From NCBI GenBank assembly GCA_013166835.1, contig JABLTI010000067.1, forward strand, positions 1-15,297: 15,297 bases of DNA, given 5' to 3'. Positions 1 through 7,280 of the stretch are shown here, one piece after another. The DNA comes from Promethearchaeati archaeon (lineage in GTDB: Archaea; Asgardarchaeota; Heimdallarchaeia; JABLTI01). Position 1 is the stretch's first letter; each line of letters begins with the position of its first letter. The notes under the pieces were generated by a model that made no database searches, was not told the DNA's origin, and worked only from the letters and a program-made list of their open reading frames with translations. The translations under genes and the position numbers were made by a program.

Positions 1-1068
1 AACAGGGTCATCTACTTGTGATCGACTACATTCACCTTCACAATGAGCAGTACAAATACGACCACAAACTGAGGGGAAGGGCATTTCTTCACGAATAAGT
101 TCTAATGATTCAGCAAATTTTCCTTCTGAAATAAGATTAACATAACCTTGGACATGAATATCAGCTGGACAACCATCTCTACATGGTGGAATCCCTTGTT
201 TGTCAATGCTATAACATTGAGGAACCGCCTGTGGGAAAGCTATGTTTATAGCTTTAGTAGTTCCTAATCCTTCATCAAATACACTTGTAATAACTGAGGG
301 ACAGGTTTCAACACAATCTCCACAGGAGGTGCATTTGTCTGGATCAACATATCTTGGCTGTTTTAGAATCTCTACTTCAAAATTCCCAACATAACCTGAA
401 ACATTCGTAACCTCAGATTTAGAATAAATTGTAATTTTTGGATGATCTGCTACTTCAGCCATTTTTGGTGTTAGTATACACGCTGAGCAATCTTGTGTTG
501 GGAATGTTTTATCTATTTGAGCCATTTTCCCACCAATCGTGGGTTCTTTTTCAACCAAAATGGTCTCAAATCCAAGTTTTCCTAATGCAAGGGAAGCTGT
601 AATACCAGCAATTCCCCCTCCAACAACCATAGCTTTTGGTGTGCTACCAACTGTATTAGGATCTAAAGGTACGAGTAAAGCTGCTCTATTGACTGCCATT
701 CGGACTAGATCTTTTGCTTTCTTTGTAGCACTATCTTTGTCATCTGTTACCCAACTAACATGTTCTCTGATGTTTGCCATTTCAAATAAGTATTTGTTTA
801 GTCCAGCTGCTTGCACAGTATTCCTGAAAGTTGTTTCGTGCATGTGTGGGCTACATGAAGCAACGATAACACGGTTTAAATTATGTTCAAGAACATCTGC
901 TTGAATACGCATCTGACTTGGTTTTGAACATGTATACTTGAGATTCTCAGCATGAGCTACATTATCAAGTGTCTTTGCATATTCTGTTACTTCTTTACAA
1001 TTAACCGTAGAAGCAATGTTTGTACCACAATCACAAATATATACACCAATTCTTATTTCTTCACTCAT
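1..1068 (-). CDS. hdrA: Large heterodisulfide reductase subunit A with inserted GltD/NfnB-type Fe-S domain (HdrL-like); 3' end runs off the window
   Basis: Manual translation from ATG at 1068 gives 356 codons with no stop: MSEEIRIGVYICDCGTNIA...VASCSPHMHE...MANIREHVSWV...VVGGGIAGITA...LVEKEPTIGGKMAQIDKTFPTQDCSACILTPKM...RYVDPDKCTSCGDCVETCP...AFPQAVP. These are HdrA motifs. It continues PPCRDGCP...GYVNLISEGKF...PFPSVCGRICTAHCEGEC (Fer4_20/GltD-like). AAGGAG lies 9 nt upstream of the start. Confidence 0.93.
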   Translation of the reverse strand, partial: MSEEIRIGVYICDCGTNIASTVNCKEVTEYAKTLDNVAHAENLKYTCSKPSQMRIQADVLEHNLNRVIVASCSPHMHETTFRNTVQAAGLNKYLFEMANIREHVSWVTDDKDSATKKAKDLVRMAVNRAALLVPLDPNTVGSTPKAMVVGGGIAGITASLALGKLGFETILVEKEPTIGGKMAQIDKTFPTQDCSACILTPKMAEVADHPKITIYSKSEVTNVSGYVGNFEVEILKQPRYVDPDKCTSCGDCVETCPSVITSVFDEGLGTTKAINIAFPQAVPQCYSIDKQGIPPCRDGCPADIHVQGYVNLISEGKFAESLELIREEMPFPSVCGRICTAHCEGECSRSQVDDPV

Positions 1069-1077
1069 ATTGGTTTG

Positions 1078-1083
1078 CTCCTT
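1078..1083 (-). promoter_or_regulatory. Shine-Dalgarno site (AAGGAG) of the hdrA-like gene
   Basis: The reverse complement reads AAGGAG-caaaccaat-ATG (9-nt spacer). Confidence 0.6.
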
Positions 1084-1405
1084 GCACCTAAAAGGGTGAT
1101 TGAGAGGTTAGTATTTGATACTTTGTTTAACTTTTACTATACACTGGGAAAATCAAACATTTTATTTTAATCTAGTCTACACTTATAATACAGACCTCTT
1201 TTATAAATTTAGCTTATAATTTCTTTTTATCTTCATTCTTTTTAAAAAAACCATTTTCGAGTCTCTACCCAATTTTGAAGTCTAATAATCTAGCTTGTGG
1301 GGGGGGAATTAATACAAAAATTCATAATAAAGTAATTATACAGTAAAGAAGGAATATCTCAAAAATTAAGTATTACATAATAAAAGATTAGAAAGGCGAA
1401 GTAAA

Positions 1406-2251
1406 ATGTATAGTTATGTTTCATTAAAAACAGAATGTCCCCATTGTGGGAAATCTCTAATGGATAAGAAAAAACTCATAGATCAAATTCCAAGCATTAA
1501 ATTAAAAATTAACTCAGATGATGCAGAAGGTATCATTAATTTTAGTGCTTTCTATGGAAGTTATAATTATTTAACAGATTTTGATATTGAGAAGGATAAA
1601 GAATACCATTTTTCCTGCCCCCACTGTAAAACAGAATTAAGTTCAGATATTACTTGTGATGAATGCTCTGCATCACTTATTCCGCTTAACATTAAGGACG
1701 GAGGAGTCATCAAATTTTGTTCAAGAGCAGGTTGTAAAAAACATAACGTAGTTTTCGAGGATCTCTCATCAATCCATCATTATTTCCAAGAAACCTATGA
1801 TGAGAACATTGTCCACGAGCCCCATACACCAGAAGAAGCTAAAGCTCATAAAGAATTAATTAAAAGTGGTACATTTCTAAGAATTTATTGCCCACACTGC
1901 AAAAAAAGCAATATTGAGAAAGGATCAGCGATCTTTCGGATTATAAATGGGAACGATGAAGCTGGGTATTTGATGCTAAGTCCTTATCTCAACGTTTTCA
2001 CTGCCAAATCTACTGTATATATTCCGGAGGGCGCAGTAATAAACGATATTCAATGTCCTCAATGTAAAACAACTTTACTTTCTGAGGAAACAAAATGTAA
2101 GGATTGTGAAGCCCCTGCAGTAGGTGTTTCTCTTGCTGCTTTAAGAAAACTAATTGATTTCTATTTCTGCTCTAAAAAAGGTTGTCATTGGCATAGCCTG
2201 AGTGAAGAAGATTTACATTATGTTTCATTAGAAGATAGTGATTACTGGTAG
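1406..2251 (+). CDS. Uncharacterised multi-Cys metal-binding (zinc-ribbon-like) protein with an internally duplicated domain; paralog 1
   Basis: 281 aa. Cys at 11/14/71/74/84/87/105/110 (+H113) and again at 162/165/217/220/231/234/255/260 (+H263). Clearly paralogous to 2464..3252. Confidence 0.85.
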   Translation: MYSYVSLKTECPHCGKSLMDKKKLIDQIPSIKLKINSDDAEGIINFSAFYGSYNYLTDFDIEKDKEYHFSCPHCKTELSSDITCDECSASLIPLNIKDGGVIKFCSRAGCKKHNVVFEDLSSIHHYFQETYDENIVHEPHTPEEAKAHKELIKSGTFLRIYCPHCKKSNIEKGSAIFRIINGNDEAGYLMLSPYLNVFTAKSTVYIPEGAVINDIQCPQCKTTLLSEETKCKDCEAPAVGVSLAALRKLIDFYFCSKKGCHWHSLSEEDLHYVSLEDSDYW

Positions 2252-2300
2252 AATAATTCCACAACATTTTCTCTTATTTTCACTTTAGTATTTAAATAAC

Positions 2301-2318
2301 ATTATTTTCGAAAATAAT
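2301..2318. promoter_or_regulatory. Perfect 18-bp palindrome, candidate operator or hairpin
   Basis: ATTATTTTCGAAAATAAT is self-complementary and lies in the intergenic region between the two Cys-rich paralogs. It is AT-rich and its function is inferred. Confidence 0.4.
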
Positions 2319-2463
2319 CAAATAATCTTTAATTTCATTAATAAAAGTTATATAATAACAAAGTCAATATTATAAAAAAAGTTAAGCATACCATACTGAG
2401 ATTTTTCCCGATTTTAATTATGCTTCATTTAAATAACATAACTATGCCTTAGGGGGCTGGTAA

Positions 2464-3252
2464 ATGAATGACTTAATATCATTAACAGTTTGGTGCCCGA
2501 ACTGCAGTAAATCGTTAATGGATAAAGAAAAACTAGTTGATGGAAAACCAAGTATTAGATTAGAAATTTCAGATAGTAAAAAGAAAGGAACAATTCTATT
2601 AAGCTCGTATTATGGGAGCTACAATTTCGATAGTGATTATGAAACCGAAACAGACAAAGAGTACACCTTTAGTTGTCCACAATGTGGAGATGTAATAACT
2701 TCTAATGTGAAATGTGAAGACTGCAAAGCAAAGATGATTCCTTTAAACATAGAAGGAATCGGTATTGTAAAGTTCTGCTCCCGATCAGGATGTAAACATC
2801 ACACTATTGAAGTAGAGGATCTGGAATATCTGGATTATTTCAAAGTTAAAAAAGAAATGCTAGAAAGCGGAACGTATTTGCGAACATTCTGTCCTCATTG
2901 TAGTAAAAGTAATGTGGACGGAAATGTTGTCAAGTTTCTAATCACTAACCAAAAAGGTGAAACGGGTGACTTATTCCTCAGTCCATACCTAAACTTGTTT
3001 ACTAATAAATCTACAATTGACATTCCTGAAGGTGAAATTGTAAAGGATATTAATTGTCCGCAATGTGGGTCTAGCCTAATTATTAAAGGTGCAAATTGTA
3101 AGGAATGCGCTTCACAAATTGTTGGATTAAACGTCGCTGCTGTAACCAGACTAATCGAGTTTCGTTTTTGTGCTAAGAAAGGTTGTCACTGGCATGGATT
3201 AAGTTCAGATGATATGGAATCTGTCTTATTAGAAGATAGTGAAGCATGGTAA
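2464..3252 (+). CDS. Uncharacterised multi-Cys metal-binding (zinc-ribbon-like) protein with an internally duplicated domain; paralog 2
   Basis: 262 aa with 16 Cys in the same spacing as paralog 1 (11/14/71/74/84/87/105/110; 143/146/198/201/212/215/236/241). Shared motifs are KSLMD, PSI, YGSYN, DKEY, FCSRxGC, LSPYLN, KST, IPEG, KKGCHWH and LEDSxxW. Confidence 0.85.
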   Translation: MNDLISLTVWCPNCSKSLMDKEKLVDGKPSIRLEISDSKKKGTILLSSYYGSYNFDSDYETETDKEYTFSCPQCGDVITSNVKCEDCKAKMIPLNIEGIGIVKFCSRSGCKHHTIEVEDLEYLDYFKVKKEMLESGTYLRTFCPHCSKSNVDGNVVKFLITNQKGETGDLFLSPYLNLFTNKSTIDIPEGEIVKDINCPQCGSSLIIKGANCKECASQIVGLNVAAVTRLIEFRFCAKKGCHWHGLSSDDMESVLLEDSEAW

Positions 3253-3294
3253 AAAACTAAGAAATAAAATTTTATAATCTGCGAGGATACCTCT

Positions 3295-3846
3295 ATGGTC
3301 ACAAGTAGTTCGAATAAAACATCTACAAAAGATTTTAAGCTTAACTCCAATGCTAAGCAGAAAATTAGTAAAATCCTAGAAACGTCGAATCATGATCCAA
3401 AGAATCTGATACGGATTCTTCAAGACTTACAAGACGAATTCCATTATTTGCCTGAAAAAATAATTTCTCATATTGCAAAGGAGTTGAAAATATCTGAACA
3501 CCATATATTTGGCGTTGCTACCTTTTATTCTCAATTTAAATTCATTAAACCTGGCAAACATGTAATCAGAGTTTGTATGGGAACAGCTTGCCATGTCCTA
3601 GGTGCACAATCCTTACTTGATAACTTGTCTCGAGATTTAGGAATAAACACTGGTGAGACAACAATAGATGATTTATTTAGCCTTGAAAGTGTATACTGTT
3701 TAGGTTGTTGTGCTTTAGCTCCAGTAATGGTGATTGATGAAGATGTCTATGGTAGTATGACAGCTGCGAAAGTAAATCGAATTTTGCGAAAATACCGCAA
3801 AGAAGCTAAGCCAAAACAAAGCAAAAGTGGAGCCAACAAAAAATGA
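3295..3846 (+). CDS. nuoE: NuoE/HydC(BfuC)-like [2Fe-2S] subunit
   Basis: GVATFYSQF, VCMGTACHV and CLGCCALAPV are NuoE-family [2Fe-2S] motifs. GAGG lies upstream and the stop overlaps the next start (ATGA). Confidence 0.93.
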   Translation: MVTSSSNKTSTKDFKLNSNAKQKISKILETSNHDPKNLIRILQDLQDEFHYLPEKIISHIAKELKISEHHIFGVATFYSQFKFIKPGKHVIRVCMGTACHVLGAQSLLDNLSRDLGINTGETTIDDLFSLESVYCLGCCALAPVMVIDEDVYGSMTAAKVNRILRKYRKEAKPKQSKSGANKK

Positions 3847-5720
3847 GCAATTTCTATTCAATGGTTAAACAAGCCAAAGCTTCTTGGGAAGCTCTACTAA
3901 ACCAAAAGAAACCAGTTATCTATGCTGGGGCAGCATCTTGCGGTCGGGCTGCTGGTATCTTACCAATAATCGAGGAATTAGAAGTTCTTTCCAAGGAAAT
4001 TCCACTAGACATAGTTGAAGTTGGTTGCATTGGTCCTTGCTACCTTGAACCCATTATAGGTATTCAAAAGAAGGATTCTTCCACTATTCTCTATAGCAAC
4101 GTCCAGGTGAGACAAGTACGAGAAATCGTAGAGAATTACCTAAATAAAGGAGATCCGCAAGTAGACAAAGCAATAGGCACTCTATCTGGTAACGGAATTG
4201 AAGGGATCCCATCCTTTTGGGAACATCCCATGATTAAAAATCAAGTACGCATTGTCCTAAAAAATTGTGGAATCATAGATCCAACAAATATCGACCACTA
4301 CTTGGCAATGGACGGATATCTTGGATTAAAAAATGCCCTTGCCATGAGTCCTGAGGAAGTAATCAAAGTAGTCTCTGATGCTGGTTTGCGTGGTAGAGGT
4401 GGTGCAGGATTTCCAACTGGTTTAAAGTGGAAATTTACTCGAGCCGAAAAAGACCAAGATAAGTATATCATCTGCAATGCTGATGAAGGGGATCCCGGAG
4501 CATTCATGAATAGATCACTAATAGAAGGTGATCCACATTCAGTTCTCGAAGGTATGATAATCGGCGCTTATGCTATAGGAGCACAAAAGGGTTACATTTA
4601 CTGTCGAGCAGAATATCCGTTAGCAATTGAACGATTTGAAAAAGCAATTGCTGATATGAGAGAACGGGATCTTCTTGGAGAAAACATTCTGAACAGCAAT
4701 TTTGATTTTGACATTGAAATCAAAAGGGGTGCTGGTGCTTTCGTATGTGGTGAAGAAACTGCCCTGATAGCCTCAGTTATGGGTGATCGTGGAATGCCTA
4801 GACAAAAACCCCCTTATCCTTCGCAAGAAGGGGTCTGGGGAAAACCCACAATCATAAATAATGTAGAAACACTTGGAACTGTCCCAGTTATTCTCAGAAT
4901 GGGGAAGACATGGTATGCCAAATACGGAACTGAACAATCTAAAGGCACAAAGACTTTCTCCCTTGTAGGAAAAATAAAGCGAACTGGATTAATTGAAGTC
5001 CCACTTGGCACTACATTACGAGAAGTAATTTTCGAAATTGGAGGAGGAGTTGCAGAGGAAAAGAATTTCAAAGCAATACAAGTTGGTGGACCTTCTGGTG
5101 GAACTATACCTTCAGCATTTATAGATGAACCATTAGACTATGAGGAGCTCACAAAATTAGGAGCAATTATGGGTTCAGGGGGTATTGTTGTAATTGATGA
5201 TGAAACCTGTGTTGTTGATCTTGCCAAGTACTTTTTAAAATTCACTGAAGCAGAATCTTGCGGAAAATGTGTTCCATGCCGAATTGGCAACAAACAACTA
5301 CTGATCCTCTTGGAGAAAATAACGGAAGGTAAAGGAACGATAGAAGATTTCGAACTTCTCGAAGAGTTTGCCCATACCGTTTCAGAAGGATCATTATGTG
5401 GATTAGGGAAAACAGCCCCAAACCCAGTAATTACTACACTGATGTATTTTAGAGATGAATATCGATCTCACGTGTTAGACAAACGATGTCCAGCGAAAGT
5501 CTGTAAGGAATTATTTGTTTATCAAGTGGATGAGGAAACATGCATTGGTTGCGAAATTTGTAGAAAACGATGCCCAACTGGTGCGGTTACGGGTGAGAAG
5601 AAGAAACCTCACGTAATTCATATTGAGGATTGCATAAAATGTGATGTTTGCTTCACGAACTGCCCAGCAAAAGCAATAAGAAAAATTGACAAGGTGGATG
5701 TGGAAATTGTTAGTAATTAA
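3843..5720 (+). CDS. nuoF: NuoF/HydB(BfuB)-like FMN/NAD(P)H-binding subunit with N-terminal thioredoxin-like domain and C-terminal 2x[4Fe-4S]
   Basis: GLRGRGGAGFPTG, CNADEGDPGAFMNR, GAGAFVCGEETAL, GGPSGG, ESCGKCVPCR, SLCGLG, H-x5-CPAKVC, CIGCEICRKRCP and CIKCDVCFTNCP. The N-terminus has SCG...GCIGPC. Confidence 0.95.
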   Translation: MSNFYSMVKQAKASWEALLNQKKPVIYAGAASCGRAAGILPIIEELEVLSKEIPLDIVEVGCIGPCYLEPIIGIQKKDSSTILYSNVQVRQVREIVENYLNKGDPQVDKAIGTLSGNGIEGIPSFWEHPMIKNQVRIVLKNCGIIDPTNIDHYLAMDGYLGLKNALAMSPEEVIKVVSDAGLRGRGGAGFPTGLKWKFTRAEKDQDKYIICNADEGDPGAFMNRSLIEGDPHSVLEGMIIGAYAIGAQKGYIYCRAEYPLAIERFEKAIADMRERDLLGENILNSNFDFDIEIKRGAGAFVCGEETALIASVMGDRGMPRQKPPYPSQEGVWGKPTIINNVETLGTVPVILRMGKTWYAKYGTEQSKGTKTFSLVGKIKRTGLIEVPLGTTLREVIFEIGGGVAEEKNFKAIQVGGPSGGTIPSAFIDEPLDYEELTKLGAIMGSGGIVVIDDETCVVDLAKYFLKFTEAESCGKCVPCRIGNKQLLILLEKITEGKGTIEDFELLEEFAHTVSEGSLCGLGKTAPNPVITTLMYFRDEYRSHVLDKRCPAKVCKELFVYQVDEETCIGCEICRKRCPTGAVTGEKKKPHVIHIEDCIKCDVCFTNCPAKAIRKIDKVDVEIVSN

Positions 5721-7275
5721 CGGAAGACAAGTACGCTACATAAAAGGTAAAACGATTCTTGAGACTGCCCGAGATAACAGTATTCATATTCCAAGTTTAT
5801 GTGCCCACGAACGACTGCCCTCTTTTGGAGCATGCAGATTATGCATGGTAAAAGTTAATGGAACTTCTGGATTCATGAATGCCTGTACAACACCAGTCAA
5901 GGATGATATGATCATAACTACTGACAGTTTAGAAATAAAGAAACTAAGAAGAGCTATTTTTGAACTGATTCTCTCAGAGCATCCAAGTAGCTGTATGGTT
6001 TGCGATCAAGCTGCTCATTGTGATAAGCTTAATTCCGGAGTCATGAAAGCTGGAGTGATAACTGGTTGCCATACTTGTCCAAATAGAGAGATGTGTGAAG
6101 TACGAATAGTTGCTGATGAATTAAACTTCAAAAGCATTCGATTCCCAATGTTTTACAAAGAACTCCCAATAGAGAGAACTGATCCATTTTTTGATCGAGA
6201 CTATAATTTATGCATTCATTGTGGAAGGTGTGTCAGAGTCTGTCAAGATGTAGAAGGAGCAAATATCCTAGTTTTCACAAAACGAGGACATGATACAAAG
6301 GTTGGAACATCTTTTGAGAAACCTCATATAGACACCGATTGCAAATTCTGTGGTCAATGTATAGATGTTTGTCCAACAGGAGCTTTATCTGCTCGAGGTC
6401 AGAAATGGTATGATTGTCCTGATGATCAATTCAGAACTACTTGTATGCTTTGTAACAAAGGTTGCAGATTTGAAGTCGACGTAAAGTGGGATCGAATCGT
6501 CGGGATGCGTCCAGATCCTGACTATAAAACATTGAAAACCGGGATATGTGTAAAAGGAAGATTCTGTATACCAGTATTATTCAACAATGTTGAACGTTTA
6601 AAATTCCCAAGGATGCTTAAAAACTTCAAATTATATCCAACAAATTGGGATGAAGTATCTCTCTATATTGCAGAAATGTTTGAGAAATATCCTCCATCAA
6701 AGATTGCAATTTATTTGTCTAATTTCTTAACCAACGAAGCAGAATATGTTTTCTTGAAATTTGCAGAACAACTTGAGATTACCACTATTTTGAGGAAACC
6801 CGAAGATTTAGAACAAATCACAAAGAAAGGTATTACAGTCCTGTATACAACTGAAGGATTACCAAATTTGAAGAAATACAAATCCTTGAAGCATATAATT
6901 TTCCAAGAGGTCTTTCCATCAGAGGGTTATGACCTTGCAGAAGTTATCCTACCCGTTGCTACATTTACTGAGCAATTTGGAACATATACAACAAAACGAG
7001 GACCAATGCCCATACAAAAAATAGTAAAAGCACCAGACCTTGCGCTAGAGGATTGGAAAATAGTCTGTAAGATAGCGAAAGAGCTTGATTTAACAGGATT
7101 CGATTTTATAGACACAGATGAGATAGATCAAGAAATTGGAAGAATGAAATATCAAACAGAGATAAAACCAGTGGATGAATACTATCTGAAGTATCGGGGA
7201 ACGCCAATCGCAGAGAAAGTGCCTGATTTTGACCTTCTTCTGAAGGCTAGAAAAGATAGGGAGAAACCGTGGTGA
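5698..7275 (+). CDS. NuoG/HydA-N/FdhA-like multi-Fe-S subunit (BfuA-like) with a vestigial molybdopterin-oxidoreductase domain
   Basis: [2Fe-2S] motif (IPSLC...GACRLC...NACTTP), His-[4Fe-4S] motif (EHPSSCMVC), 2x[4Fe-4S] (CIHCGRCVRVC, CKFCGQCIDVCP), Mo-family [4Fe-4S] (TTCMLCNKGC...CVKGRF) and remnants AEVILPVATFTE/DWKIV. No H-cluster motifs. The start is uncertain: TTG 5686, ATG 5698 or TTG 5707 (after AGGTGG). Confidence 0.85.
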   Translation: MWKLLVINGRQVRYIKGKTILETARDNSIHIPSLCAHERLPSFGACRLCMVKVNGTSGFMNACTTPVKDDMIITTDSLEIKKLRRAIFELILSEHPSSCMVCDQAAHCDKLNSGVMKAGVITGCHTCPNREMCEVRIVADELNFKSIRFPMFYKELPIERTDPFFDRDYNLCIHCGRCVRVCQDVEGANILVFTKRGHDTKVGTSFEKPHIDTDCKFCGQCIDVCPTGALSARGQKWYDCPDDQFRTTCMLCNKGCRFEVDVKWDRIVGMRPDPDYKTLKTGICVKGRFCIPVLFNNVERLKFPRMLKNFKLYPTNWDEVSLYIAEMFEKYPPSKIAIYLSNFLTNEAEYVFLKFAEQLEITTILRKPEDLEQITKKGITVLYTTEGLPNLKKYKSLKHIIFQEVFPSEGYDLAEVILPVATFTEQFGTYTTKRGPMPIQKIVKAPDLALEDWKIVCKIAKELDLTGFDFIDTDEIDQEIGRMKYQTEIKPVDEYYLKYRGTPIAEKVPDFDLLLKARKDREKPW

Positions 7276-7280
7276 AAAAG

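Noticed and set aside
539-1170. Plus-strand ORFs 539..904 and 952..1170
   Set aside because: They are antisense shadows of the hdrA-like gene and its promoter and carry no recognisable motifs.
1406-3252. Multiheme cytochrome or polyferredoxin interpretation of the Cys-rich proteins
   Set aside because: There are no CxxCH motifs, no signal peptide and no CxxCxxCxxxCP motifs.
3295-7275. Calling the cluster complex I, an [FeFe]-hydrogenase or a formate dehydrogenase
   Set aside because: There are no membrane nuo genes, no H-cluster motifs (TSCCP, MPC, MACPGGC) and no intact Mo/W catalytic domain.
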